DNA from: Alloascoidea hylecoeti
Taxonomy: Eukaryota
Length of the DNA: 64,000 nucleotides
Direction: 5' to 3'
Assembly (NCBI GenBank): GCA_001600815.1
Contig: BCKZ01000006.1
Location: forward strand, 745,048 to 809,047
Shown here in pieces: positions 10,087-22,854 of this stretch; within the stretch, counting starts at the first letter, position 1, and each line of letters starts with the position of its first letter. A program made the position numbers and the translations under genes. Below the pieces are notes generated by a model. That model saw only the letters and a list, made by a program, of their open reading frames with translations, ran no database searches and was not told the origin of the DNA.

Positions 10087-12381
10087 TGTTATTAATTAAT
10101 TAGTCTTGTTATAAATTTTTGGAGGATCAATTGCAACTATTTCAATCAATATTGAAGTCGTATATGTCGATGGATAAAAAGTGAAAAAAATGGGGGATTT
10201 CGGGTTCTTAAATAATCTTTACCAATTCAATTGATTTCATCATTATCCATGATTTTCAAGTTTTATAAGCCTTTAATGGATTTCGTTACGTGATGTCTTT
10301 AATTTGGAAAAGCTTTAAAAAAACACCAGGTGATGATCTTGTAATGTTGAGAGGATGTTTTAAATATTCGATTAGATATAATATAATTATAAATATCGGA
10401 AAAACGGAAATTGATTATAAAATAAAAACCATCTCATATTTAGATAGAATCAGTCGATTATGATTTTACTAGATCTGATATCATTAACTCTTTCTAAAAT
10501 CGAAGATAATTAAGTATTAGCTAGTTTTGTGATATCAATTGCAATTGTAATCATCATACCACTATAGCTACTTTGAGCATCACCAAAAACATATAAAACA
10601 TTCAATAATTCTTATAATCAGGAATCATAAAAAACGTAAAGCTACGTACTTTTAGAGTCATTTTTTGACTCCAGTCTTGCTTATAGCCATTTACTTTCTC
10701 TTTTTTTCCCCTTTTGTACTCCTACAATTGCAACTCCTCAACACAAATTTTCTGAAGATCTTTAAGACCGCATTAATGTAGCCTATTATAACTACTGGTC
10801 AAAGCCATTTCACCTGTTGCCAGTCGCTGTATCCTAACATGAACTTAAAAAAAAATTGTGACACTTTTTAACGGACTGTTTACTTTTGTTGCATTAACAA
10901 GAGGAATATTCATATTAACTCCTAATAGTTCTCTAGTTCTGGCATGTCCACCATATACAGTGACACCGCATTAAGCTCTAGCCAGGCCAATAACAAGGCC
11001 ATCAATCTATAATTATAGTTAGCTGATTTTTCGTACGAACTAAATATTTATCAATAAACAACTCAGCATAGTTATCACTATTAGCGTTTGATATTATAAT
11101 GTGTCCTTAACAGCACTATGTATTTCCAATTGATATCATAACGTTTAGGAAACACCATTCTTAATATCTTACTTAGTCTGTTGTACACCTACATCAATCA
11201 TTGGTTTGATCAAACTGCCGGAAGATGCCTCTTTATTTTCACGCTTATGGGGATGAGATGTCCATAACAAAAGATTTTGGTCCAGTGTCCGAAATTAACT
11301 TGAAACTTCATATCTAATTATAAGAGCTTAGAAACAATTGCGTTACAAATTCTATATTAAAGACCATGAATCAAATTTTGTTAAATAACTTAAACACGAC
11401 CTTAAATTACTACCACTAATTAACCGAAATAGAAAGCCCGAATCTAAGTGCAAATTCACCCATATTGTTCAAAATACCCGCTTTTGAAACGAGAAAGTAT
11501 TCTTTTGAGGTAATATCTGGCTTCAACATAACTAAACCAATTAAAAATACGTCTATTGCTTACAGAAGGCACATAAGAAGTTAATAAACAAAATATGAAG
11601 TGGTTGACCGATTTTCTGGTAAAATATTCGATTTCTGATGAGAAGGCTGCTCATCTGCTGCATATGTTTGAGTCTACTCAACTTACCTTATATGTTACAA
11701 TATTAATATTTGTTTGTGGATACGTAATGATATTCTTCAAAAATATAAGGAGATCCTTAACCTTTAATGTCTCAATTAATATTTATTATCAGAAAGGAAT
11801 GTAAAATGTACATGTATGAGAAAGTGAAGTCCTATAAACTTATCAACACCATTGGATATCTAGATAACTTGGTGTATTTGTATTTGATTGGGGTAAACTT
11901 TAGTCCCTGTTTTACTCAACAGAATCCCCCTAAAGCTACCCTCACTTATATATCATTATTAATCAGACTTAGCATTTAGTTTAGGCATACCGTCGACTTC
12001 ATTTATATCTCTCTAATTGCCATCAGATAGAGAGTTTCTGTTATTAGTAAAATAATAATATTGTTAGTCTTGATATAATATAATATCAAGCTTCTAGGGA
12101 ATGAAATTAAATCGAACCATCAGAAACTTTGAGTAATACTATAACCAGCCTGAAATATAACAAGCACAGATCCTTCTCCTGAACATTGATATTTAATATC
12201 AATAATTTAATATCAATGTTACTGGAATGAAAGAAAAGTGAGCTTTCGTTAAACAAAGCTAGGGGAATTGGTACTTAAATGTATTCATAAAATGTGCTAT
12301 AATTTACGCCTGTTCTAAGTTATACTATACCTATATGGTATAATTATGATTATGATTATCGATAATATCTTTAAGATACTT

Positions 12382-14010
12382 TTAACGTTCTTCAAACTCA
12401 TCACCCTTTTCACCTCCATATTTAATTTTCCTATTAGTCCATTCATTCAATTCAAATAAATCAATGTTAAATTTATCTAATTTATATTTCTTCAATTGTC
12501 AAAGGTTGTAATTGATCCGGAGTTATATTTTCAAAATGCCTTGATTCTTCATGATACGCTTCAACTAACCAACCTTCAAGGGATCTAATTTCAAGTCCCG
12601 CTTTTCCTAAAATTCAATTGGTACTCTTCTTCGTCTAACCCAAAATCTATTCCATTGTTCACCCTTGCCATTAGTCATTAGGAAACCTGCAAAATGGATT
12701 CTCCAATCGCCTTCTATCCAAGTATATTATAAATCATTATGAAAAGTATTTAATATTAAACCGATTGTTTTAATTGATACACCACCGAATTTTTTCCGTA
12801 AGATTGGATTATTTACAATTACTTCAGATATTAAATTTTGTTCATTTAACCATAGTTTTAAAATGATTGTGCATCCCAATATGATAATAAATGTCTTGTA
12901 AAATCTGATCTTCTAAAGAAAAAAGTATCAGAATTTGTTTCTAATAATTCAAGGCCCATTGTAATATCCATATTATACTCTTTATCAGATAATATATCTG
13001 TTGGCAGTAAATCATTTAACGCATTTGCAAAACCTGCAGAGTTTACAGAATCATTTAAAGAAATATGTTGAGAACCATTAAAATTTAAATAATTGACATT
13101 TTGTGGATCTTCTTCTTCAGATAATATACCAAATAATTGATCAACGCATCTTGTACTACCCATATAATCACAACTTAAAGTTTTTGCATAAAAGATAATT
13201 TTTTAAAGCTTTTGGATGTAAAACCAATGACGCTAAATCAATTTCATAATCCATTATTATTACATCAATATCCAAAATGTAAACCCATTCAACGTTTAGG
13301 AAATAATCAAATGCTTTTCCTATACCTTCAACTTTTCTCCATCCATTACCTCTACCTTTTGAATATTCATAATGGGATAAGTTATACCACACATTTATAT
13401 AACCATAATAATCACAATATTCTTGTCTATTTTGATAAGCTTGTTTAAAGATATCTCTTGATTTTGCACCTTTCCCATAAGTTACAGAAATGATTGCAAT
13501 TTTTGAACCAGATGGTTCTAATTTCCCGGTTTTTGGATCTAAATCTTTATCATTAAATTGAACAGGTACTAAATTTTTAAAAAAATGCCTTAAAGTAGCT
13601 TTTCTATTTAAACGATATAATTTAACCGATTCAGGAGTTTTATAATTTTTATCATTTAAATTTAATTCTTCTCGTTTTAAAAAAGAATTAACATTTAAAT
13701 TTAATATTTCATTTAATGATTGTTGTAATTCAGTTTTGATTATGTTTCATGAACTTTTAAATAATCTGGTATTGTAGTTATTGGATGTATGGATAAATAT
13801 CCATTATCTCTGTGATAAGAATAAGTAAGTTTTCAAATTTAGTATACATAGGGATAGAACAAGAAGAATAAATGTTGAAAATAAAAAGAATTGAAAAAAT
13901 GATTTATAAAACTGATAAGCAGAACCTATCATATTAAAACATATGAATAAAAATGAAGCCAAAAGAAAAATTTGAAACAACTCCAGATGTTTATAACCCA
14001 CTGGCACCAT
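12382..14010 (-). pseudogene. Disrupted GT34 (Mnn10/Mnn11/Gma12-like) glycosyltransferase
   Basis: Pieces in different frames: N-terminal TM (13804-14010), NRQEYCDYYGY, WRKVEG..EWVYILDIDVIIMD (DxD), TFFFRRSDF..W, WLNEQNLI, WIEGDWRIHFAG. At least five stops/frameshifts; last stop at 12382-12384. Confidence 0.8.
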
Positions 14011-15530
14011 AGTTAAAACCTTAATATTATATTCCAGTAATATTTGGCAATAACATAAATGTACATCTACTACTATCTTATATCACCAAATTCCAGTTGT
14101 TTCAAGAATACTTTTAAGGGTTGTAGCTTCAGCGTTTTCCTTCTGACATATTTTTTTTCTCTTCTCTTGGATATATCGTGCTTTGAACCACTAAAGAGGA
14201 GGTTGGAAATTATCTACAGCGAGAGCATCCTTTTAATACTTAGATAATATTAATGTTCGGAAAGGTTTGGTTAGGGGAAAAAGAGGTAGAAGTAGCCAAA
14301 AAAAAAAACCGAGGAAATGAGGATTTACCAACGATATAAATCCATCAATTTGGTAAAGGAAGCTTACGAAGCGTTGTTTGAAAAAATCGAAAAGATTTGA
14401 GATATCTGATGATGATTTCCGCATTTGGACAAACACATGGGATACAGGAAACTTCACTATGCATAAGCTTATAGCTCCACCACAGTGCTCGAAGACCCTC
14501 TAAAATCTATTCAAAGTGGAATTCGGACTTCCGAGAGGTGAAAGGGGCTAATTACTCACAATTATCTGGAGATAATAAAAAGAGATATGTGTTGGAAGCT
14601 TGGAGCTAGTGATCAATATGCTAAATCGTAGAAGAGTTAGGTCTAGAACGCTCATACCACAACAAGATTTACAAAATAATTATTGAACATAAATTATTAG
14701 AATTATTAGATTAAGTGGATTTTAGTAGTACTGTTTCTAATAATTTATATATGTTACTAATTTTGCAATTTGTGGATAAAATGTAACAGTTTTGAATGAA
14801 CCGTTAAGTTTTTGCGGACATTTTCCCTTTAATGACTGCATGCATATGCATATGTTAATATATTTTTATCCCTTTATTGCATATATAGAATGATAATTAT
14901 AAGGCCTAGGTACAAAAAAAAAGTAAGTACCTTTAAATTATTATTCCAATCGGTTAGCTATCTTACACAACTGTGATCGATTCAAGCCTAATATCTATAT
15001 CTCAAGCTGTGATTATAAGTATCTTTGAAAGATATTTGAAGATTCTCCACATATCGATAATCGTTTGTCTGGAGCCAACAAAGTAACAATCGGGCTAATA
15101 GTTTGGAGATAATTTTCAAAAAATGCCACTATTCAATCGTAGTTAAATTCTAAGTATAGTATTACGCTCGAATTTTCGACTCGTACCTCAGGCTTCATGA
15201 AGAAAGTAAGTAAAATTGTAAAGAAATTTTTGCGATTGCACACGTAGTACATTGCGCACGACGGTTAGAAAGCAACGTCTCAAGACTCTCAACTTATAAT
15301 TTTAGGGTCAAGCTCGCCTTATATTAACTCTAAATTGGATGAGCTAAGTATCTTGGTGATGGGAATTCAAAAGGTTCAGCTATTTCTGGATAATTGCAAT
15401 TTCACTTATAAAATTAATGATAGTATAATTTATATTTTTAAATTTGTATTCTTTTAACCAAACAGAGGAAACGGGGCCTAGGACAAAAAATAACCTATAT
15501 TTTCAAGACCCTCTAAAGAGGAAAAAAGTA

Positions 15531-15603
15531 TGCCTCAAGTCGGATTCGAACCAACGATCTTAACATTACTAGTGTTACGCCTTACCAACTTGGCCATCAA
15601 GGC
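15531..15603 (-). tRNA. tRNA-Thr (anticodon AGU), intronless
   Basis: Minus strand GCCTTGATGGCCAAGTTGGTAAGGCGTAACACT-AGT-AATGTTAAGATCGTTGGTTCGAATCCGACTTGAGGCA folds into a cloverleaf with A/B boxes; a T6 Pol III terminator follows 3 nt downstream. Confidence 0.95.
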
Positions 15604-16245
15604 TCTTATTTCCTGAACCTTAAAGAATACCCTCCACGTAATGCATACATACTGATGAAAATGAATGAAAAGTTAAAAAAAAAAAGAATAAATTACTTTT
15701 AAGATGGTCTAGTTTCATAAGAGAAGAAATAAGAGTGGAAAAAATACACAAAAATAAGAAGAATAGAAAAAGAGGTTTTTATTTCACTATATATAGTAGA
15801 GATTTTCTCAGAATTTACATAGTTTCTAGTTAAATAATTTAATTGGAAAATATATGAAAGGTTAAAAAAATTCATTTCCACATTTGGTTTTAGGTTAACA
15901 TACGAAAGTATATCTACAGTAATACAATATTTAAAGATATAAAAAAAAGTTTTTTAAAAACAAGTTTAAAACAAAAGTGCTTATACATCTAAAACTTATA
16001 ACTATATGTATGTAATATGAGAATATATTATGAATTATTTACCGGTATATATCAAATGCATATGCTTCAAAAGTATTCACCAAAGACGAAAAAAAAAAAC
16101 AAAAGGACCAATGTTAAAAATATGAGCATATAATAGAAATAATATGATTTGAGTTTATATATGAGTTTTATTTAGAATGTATCATGAATATATATAATGC
16201 GTTTATGAAGAACAAGAAAGAAAATAAATAAATAAGATATCATGA

Positions 16246-18087
16246 TCATGTAAGAACACGAACATGGCCTCCATTTTCATTATCATTGTCATTCCTTGAT
16301 CTAGAATTAGCATTAATATTACGTTCATCTTCTTCTCTAATGCTACTATCCCTAACATTATCATTAGGAATATAAGGTTGAGCACCAAAAGTGTCCGTCA
16401 TTGGAGAATTTGCTTTAATACTGACTGAATATCTGCCAGTATCAATGATTGAAGCTGAATTTCTAGAAAAATAATTATTACTTGTATTTGATAATGAACG
16501 ATTATCAATGTTGAAAACAGAATGATAAGAAATTGGTCTTGATAAATCCATATCTCCATCAACTGAAAATTGATAAGCATGTGGCATTAAATTATCTGCT
16601 GCTGAATTTGAATTAAGTGATTGATGTGATGATGGGTTATGTAAATGAGCTTTTTCAAATTCAAACTCAAATGAATCATCTTCAATTTCTCTATTATTAT
16701 TTAATGATCTCGCTGCAATAGTTGACCTATCATCATCATCGTCAGGATTTCTAACTGTTAATGTTTTATTACCAGAATAACCATAATTATAACCCTCATA
16801 ATTTAATTCTTCATCATCACTTTCATCTATAAAGTTTAAGTTTTGATTTTGATTTTGATTTAAGTTTGAGATTGGCGTTGGAGGCAAATCTTTATTTCTA
16901 GTATTATAATTATTATTAACAGCTTTTAAGCTTGTTGTTGAACTGCTTCTAAGACTAATATCATCATCTAATCCAAAAGTTCTTGTCCTAGGCGGTTGCT
17001 GTTGCTTTTTCGAATCAAAATTTAAAACAGAAGCAGCTGTGGACTTTCCAAATAAACCATAGTTATTATTTTCTTTATCATCATACGGTATAATTATACC
17101 ATTTGGATAACATTTTTCACCTTTCCCATTAATTACAAAATTATCTTCATGTGCTTTTTGCATTTGTCGTTTTTTATAAAGTAAAAATAAGATTATAGCA
17201 ATTGAAATTGCAGCAACTGCACAGCCTGCTGATATACCGATAATAGATTGTTTTGATAATGCAGTTGCAGCGGTTGGATTTGAAGTTGAGGTTGCAGTCG
17301 TTGTTGAGGTGAATGTGTAAGTAATTTGAATTGTGGAACCAGCCGCATTAATTGACTCTGAAGTTGCTACACTGGTGTATAGTACTGCTGCATGACTGTC
17401 TTCTTCTTGCTCTGTGGTTATGAAGGTTGAAGGAATGGAAGTTGACTCGGGTGAGGTAGAAGTTGGAGCTGGAGTCGTAGTGAATGAACTGGATGAGCTG
17501 GTTGTACGGGTTGTACGGGTTGATCTTGTAACTGTTGAACTTGACGAACTTCGTGCACTTGTTGAACTTCGAGTGCTTGGTGTACTAGTTGAACTAGAAG
17601 TACTTGAAGTACTAGCTTTAGTAGATCTCGAACTAGTAGTATCACGTGAGCTGGAAGTTGAACTGGAAGTTGTGGAAGAAGATGTCTTTTTCGACGAGCT
17701 CGAGGATTTGGAGCTGGATTCGGAGGCAGAATCGGAACCGGACACCAGGGTACCCTCGTGGGTGTAGTACAGACTGACAGCCGACGACCCCCCACAGGTA
17801 TCCGAGGGATAGCCCGCACAGTCGGTGTCGCAGTTTGAGTCGTCAACGTCGGAGGAGGGCAGGATGGACCCACACAGGCACTCGTCGCCGTTGTACATGG
17901 CGGCCAGGGCATAAGATCCGTTTGAGCATAGTTCAGTACAGTAGCCCTCCGATTGGTAAGTATAGGACCCCTGCGAATCGAAGTCCTTGAGAGCCGAGTA
18001 GGAGTAGCACCCGTAGTAGGTAGCCGCTTTGTAGCTGGTGGCTAAGACACATGCGGCCTGCAGCGCAAGAAACAAACCAAAAAACAT
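16246..18087 (-). CDS. WSC-domain cell-wall stress sensor (Wsc1/Slg1-like)
   Basis: Signal peptide, Cys-rich WSC domain (YYGCYS..C..LC..CLCG..C..C.GYPSDTCGG), long Ser/Thr region, one TM (IIGISAGCAVAAISIAIILFLLY), cytoplasmic tail with LTVRNPD. Confidence 0.9.
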   Translation of the reverse strand: MFFGLFLALQAACVLATSYKAATYYGCYSYSALKDFDSQGSYTYQSEGYCTELCSNGSYALAAMYNGDECLCGSILPSSDVDDSNCDTDCAGYPSDTCGGSSAVSLYYTHEGTLVSGSDSASESSSKSSSSSKKTSSSTTSSSTSSSRDTTSSRSTKASTSSTSSSTSTPSTRSSTSARSSSSSTVTRSTRTTRTTSSSSSFTTTPAPTSTSPESTSIPSTFITTEQEEDSHAAVLYTSVATSESINAAGSTIQITYTFTSTTTATSTSNPTAATALSKQSIIGISAGCAVAAISIAIILFLLYKKRQMQKAHEDNFVINGKGEKCYPNGIIIPYDDKENNNYGLFGKSTAASVLNFDSKKQQQPPRTRTFGLDDDISLRSSSTTSLKAVNNNYNTRNKDLPPTPISNLNQNQNQNLNFIDESDDEELNYEGYNYGYSGNKTLTVRNPDDDDDRSTIAARSLNNNREIEDDSFEFEFEKAHLHNPSSHQSLNSNSAADNLMPHAYQFSVDGDMDLSRPISYHSVFNIDNRSLSNTSNNYFSRNSASIIDTGRYSVSIKANSPMTDTFGAQPYIPNDNVRDSSIREEDERNINANSRSRNDNDNENGGHVRVLT

Positions 18088-18409
18088 AACTTATAAGGAG
18101 AGACTGAGGTTTAGGTTTAAGTTTATTTTTGGGTTTAGAATTTGAAAACTAAGGATGAAAATCTCCATTGCCTGGCCATGGTCTGGCCATCGCTCGTGAG
18201 TCGTTGCACGGGCAACACACGTGATTACATATCCTGAAGCTTAGAGGAACTATTTATTTTTAATTAGAAAATTCAGTTCTTGTTGAGTATGGTGGTGCCT
18301 AATGGGTTGAAATGTGAGAATGATCGGTAGGTAGGTTCCTGTGAATATACCGGAGCTTACTCTCCAACTATGGATAAATAGTTTGAGACCTTATAGATGC
18401 TAGTACTCC

Positions 18410-18433
18410 CTGTTTAGTTATCCAGGTTTAATA
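18410..18433 (-). repeat. Dispersed 24-bp motif, copy 1 (others at 46538-46556 and 62054-62077)
   Basis: Reverse complement TATTAAACCTGGATAACTAAACAG matches 62054-62077 at 23/24. Confidence 0.7.
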
Positions 18434-18941
18434 TACATATTCTTTATTATAATGGTTAAAGAATCCTCCAATGTGAAACCCACATTATAATCAGATAAAA
18501 GAAACTTGAGGGTACAACCCTTCAAGATGAATATTTGCTCCTAACGCTCATCATTTTTATTATGATGCAAAGCCTCCTTTTCCTGCGTAACATGTAAACT
18601 TTTGACTTTGTTTTGAATCTCAATAATCTTTGATGCAACAAATTCCCATCCTAAACTTGCAATATTTATGAGAACTATAACAAATGTTCCTAAAAATTGA
18701 GCCCGAAATAATGCTCTTGATGATATTTTTGAGTAATGTGTTTGCTTTTGGTTAGTACTTACGCTTGTTCCCAGAAATTTCCCACAATCATAACAGCATT
18801 TGGATTATGTTTCATTGAATACTTTACTCAAAAGATAACTGGAAAATAATTATCTGATTGTGCATATAATAGACCGTTTGGAATAATGGATAAGTGATGC
18901 AAAGAAAAACGGACCAGATTGTGTTTGTGTTTCAGTTTATA

Positions 18942-19470
18942 CCGTCGTTCCACTTAAGTTGGGCCATCATATGTTTTCAAGTAAATATGCCCCACATATT
19001 CAGACTGTTCAGGCATGTTATTTGCAAATAATCTGTCATCTCCTTCATTAAGTATTTACATACTAAAAGCTGGAGTTGTATTCATACATCATTTAACTAC
19101 AGATATAGGAAAGTAATTAGTGTAGGAGGTGACCGAAATTGTGTCTACATGGCCGAATATTTAGTCTATATTTATATCACAAAAGTTCAAGAACCATATA
19201 TATATATATATATATGTTTTAAATTTAATTACAATTATCAGGCTGGTTATCGAAATCATATTGCAATTGGTACTCGGGAGACAATGGGAATACATAACTT
19301 TATAATATCCTCGAGATCTCTGGTGGCTCAGTTCAATCAAGAGCAAGAGAACAATGGCCGCATGTTTTGTTTCAAAAATATAAGTTATAGGCTAACCCAA
19401 CGTCGCAATCGTGATGTAATATTTAGCGTCACGGTAGCTCAAAATGTGGCCAAAATCAAGTGAGATGACT
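18942..19470. mobile_element. Degenerate MITE-like element, same TIR family as 62418-62948
   Basis: TA|CCGTCGTTCCACTTAAGTTGGGCC at left and GGCCAAAATCAAGTGAGATGACT|TA at right. About 529 bp, with internal CCGAAAT/CCGAATAT subterminal motifs (19129-19167). Confidence 0.45.
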
Positions 19471-20467
19471 TAACCATAACAATAAATAATACAAGCTTAT
19501 ATTAAGAGATAAACAGCAAAACACCAAGCAGGAACTTCAAGATGTAACCTCGTGAATATTGTAAAATGTTTATCATATTCATCTTGCTTTTCCCGCCTCT
19601 TAATGAAATACACATTGATTTTAATTCACCCCACATTTGTTCTCTATAATGTAATCCTAAATATATTGTGGGTATATCAATGCTCATCTAAAATGAAGTG
19701 TATAAAAACCCACTCAATTTTATGAAAGATATATTCTCTTAGTACCATATATCCTATCTATTAACATTAAAGTTTTATAAAGTGATTTTCTCGCAGTTCA
19801 GCTTTTTTAATGGGAGACATTCTTTTGGAGGGCGATTGTTTCCTTTATTGCAACCTTCAGCTTGTCCACACGGCGCGTAATTTCAGACAATACCTCACAC
19901 AAATGGTTTCTGTCATATGAACATCGATTTAATCAATGGACTCGGGGCTCCTATGTAATCCCTGGCTCAAATATTCTAAATCGTTTTGGTTGTCCTGTTC
20001 TCTAGTAATATTTGGGATTAATGTACTCAGTTCAAGTGTCATTTGTTCAATACATTTAACAATTCTAGCCTTCCTTCTCCTTCTCCTTGATGCAAGAGGC
20101 CTTAGGTTTCTTTCCCTTATTACTATTCTTAGAGGGAGAAAGAAATTTCACAAATTTACATGTCGTCTCCAACATAGTCCAAATTGAATATGAGCTACAT
20201 GATAGGAAAAACTTCCTGTACATGTGTTCAATTTTGATAAAGCTTCTAAAACTTGAGATTTGGTAGATTCATGGCTACTTTATCATTTAATTGACATATA
20301 TTAGGATTAATAATTTTGACAAACACGTTAAAAGAGCATCCTCCTAAGAAAAGTTCTCTATCTAACTACTATCAAAACACTTCATCTACTCCACCAGATA
20401 TTTACCCTTTTCCCGATAATGCTGGGAACAAATCTTATATCTTTGAAATCCCACTCATTACATTAAT

Positions 20468-21628
20468 TTATCGAAACAACTTGTCTAGCTCAAATTCTCC
20501 ATTTTCATTCTTGATTGCAACGCCAACTTCGGTAACAATGGCATCTATTAGTTCAGAAGGAGTGACATCAAATGAAGGATTCCAAGTATTTATCCCTGGT
20601 GCAGAAACATGAACAGTCTTTATCGAAACAGCTCCATTTTTCTTAACCGTATCACCAGTTGTATCATCTACTAAGGCACCAGATACTCTAGTTAATTCAA
20701 TACCCGGTCTTTGCTCGATTTGAATATCTTTACCACTTGATGTTTTAAGATCAATTGTTGATAAAGGAGCAGCTACAATGAATTTAACACCATGATATTT
20801 TGCAGTAATTGCTAATTGATATGTTCCAATTTTATTTGCGGTATCACCGTTTTTGGCAATTCTATCAGCGCCAACAATAGCATACCCAATTCCTTCCCCA
20901 TTTAATTTTTTTTCTTTTAAAAGATGTGAAGCCATTGAATCTGTAATTAAAGTTGACGGAATGTTTTCATGAACCAATTCAAAAGCTGTTAATCTTGAGC
21001 CTTGATTATAAGGACGAGTTTCCAAAGCATAAACATGATTTAGAATCTCTTGATTGTGTAATGAACGTATTATTCCTAAAGCTGTTCCATAACCAGCTGT
21101 TGCTAAAGATCCCGTGTTACAAATTGTAATAACTGAAAATTTATTATTGGAATGAATATTATTTTTTTCATTTGAAATCCATTTAGCACCATTATTACCA
21201 ATATTAATATTTTGATTTTTATCCATTTCTAATAATGTTTCTGCAAATTGACAAATCTTCAATTTTAGATCCTCAGTTGTGTTAGACTCATTTTCATCTT
21301 TTAGTAAATTTTCAATATCTAAGCACATATTACTTAGATTAACAGCTGTTGGTCGAGATTCAATCAAATATAATAATTTCTTCTTGGTGCTTGCTACAAA
21401 AGCAGTAGGATCAGATGGTTGTTCATTATTTGATATATCAACAGCTAGACCTAAAGCTGCGACGATTGCAATTGCTGGAGCACCTCTTACAGCCATTGAC
21501 CGAATTGCATGGAATGCATCTTCAACTGTTGAAATAGGAATATAAATTGACTCATGGGGAATTCTTCTTTGGTCTAAAATTGACAATCGATGATCTTTTG
21601 GTGAATATAAAATTGCTTCTAATGACAT
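20468..21628 (-). CDS. MRI1: Methylthioribose-1-phosphate isomerase
   Basis: ATG at 21628 (MSLEAILY); VRGAPAIA, SRPTAVNL, CNTGSLATAGYGTALG, ETRPYNQGSRLT, GADRIAKNGDTANKIGTY, NPSFDVTP. Confidence 0.96.
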   Translation of the reverse strand: MSLEAILYSPKDHRLSILDQRRIPHESIYIPISTVEDAFHAIRSMAVRGAPAIAIVAALGLAVDISNNEQPSDPTAFVASTKKKLLYLIESRPTAVNLSNMCLDIENLLKDENESNTTEDLKLKICQFAETLLEMDKNQNINIGNNGAKWISNEKNNIHSNNKFSVITICNTGSLATAGYGTALGIIRSLHNQEILNHVYALETRPYNQGSRLTAFELVHENIPSTLITDSMASHLLKEKKLNGEGIGYAIVGADRIAKNGDTANKIGTYQLAITAKYHGVKFIVAAPLSTIDLKTSSGKDIQIEQRPGIELTRVSGALVDDTTGDTVKKNGAVSIKTVHVSAPGINTWNPSFDVTPSELIDAIVTEVGVAIKNENGEFELDKLFR

Positions 21629-21691
21629 TTTTGGTTGGTCTATAATGTATTTTTCTTCTTTGTGTTCAAGAAGGAAAATCGGAAATGACAC

Positions 21692-21700
21692 TCACGTGAC
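21692..21700. promoter_or_regulatory. Cbf1-type E-box TCACGTGAC upstream of MRI1
   Basis: About 64 bp upstream of the ATG; fits known Cbf1 control of sulfur-metabolism genes (inference). Confidence 0.45.
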
Positions 21701-22854
21701 ATAAATTAAAATATCAAAATTTGAGATGAAAATAATATTATTCATATCTATGATTATAGTTATAACTGAAAGAACTTTGAATTGATATATTATAAATCCG
21801 TATCATATTCATCTTTCATTAGCCAGTGAGATACCAAGAGGCCAAAAAATGACAACTGTAATTTATTTCAAAATTTCCCCATCTTTCCAAATGCATATAA
21901 TGGTTAATAAGTGCTACAATCAAAATTTGCTGATTAACGATATCGATAACAACGACTTCGACCAAATTGCTCGGTTTCTTAGCGTTATGTATATTATATC
22001 TTGTTTGGCAATGTAATATGAACTTGGATTTAGTATAGATGGTCAAAATCCTTCACGGTATAAAGAGGTTAAGATTCCTATTATAAAACAGATATCGAAA
22101 TTCAGAATATAATTCGGAAAGAGTTTTCAGGTCGCATAATCTGTGGTGTCGCTTATAGATTGAAAACAATTGATTATGATAGGGTATTAATATTCAATTC
22201 CGGAAAGATCGTTGAATTACATGATAACTCAAATTTTGATATCGAAAAAAGATTCTATATCCAAATGATCATCTGAGGGAAAATTTGAATTGTTAGTTCC
22301 TTTATTGAATATATTGTTATAATAGATATATCGTACAAGTACAAAGCGCGTTACTGTAACCCATCTTAAAATCTTTACTTTTTGCTTTACCGGTATAGAT
22401 CTACACTTGCAAGCGCTTAATTAAGAAAAAAAATTGATTCATAGTCATTTATATTATTATGAGCTAGCTAGTCAATATTAATATTATAACTCAAAGTCAT
22501 TTAGACTTCAATTATAATTGCAAATAATTTCATTTATAAATTCAGCTAAAATAGTAATTACCAATTAATTAATCAATTGTAAAACAATAATAAGGATAAT
22601 ATTAATTTAATCAATTCAAGAAAACCAAAATGCTTTGGAAATTCTCTAATATCGTAAGATGATTCTAAGAGTCTTCAGTTGATTCGTGGTAAATAAACTA
22701 AACAGACTGTATTATAAGTACATTAAAAGAGCAAGAAAAAAGACTTCAATTATCCAATTGATTATTTTGAGTATCAATCAAGTTTAAAAATAATACAAAA
22801 CATAGAATCTATCATACAAACCCACTGATGAAGTGGTTATAGATTTGTATCTTC

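Noticed and set aside
10620..12300. Possible gene remnants and ORFs 11595-11804 and 11767-11979
   Set aside because: Short fragments with no recognisable motifs or splice-consistent frame.
14059..14650. Short ORFs next to the GT34 pseudogene
   Set aside because: Low-complexity and stop-riddled; no family recognised.
17414..17912. Overlapping ORFs 17414-17767 (+) and 17418-17912 (-)
   Set aside because: Shadows of the Ser/Thr-rich, GC-rich WSC coding region.
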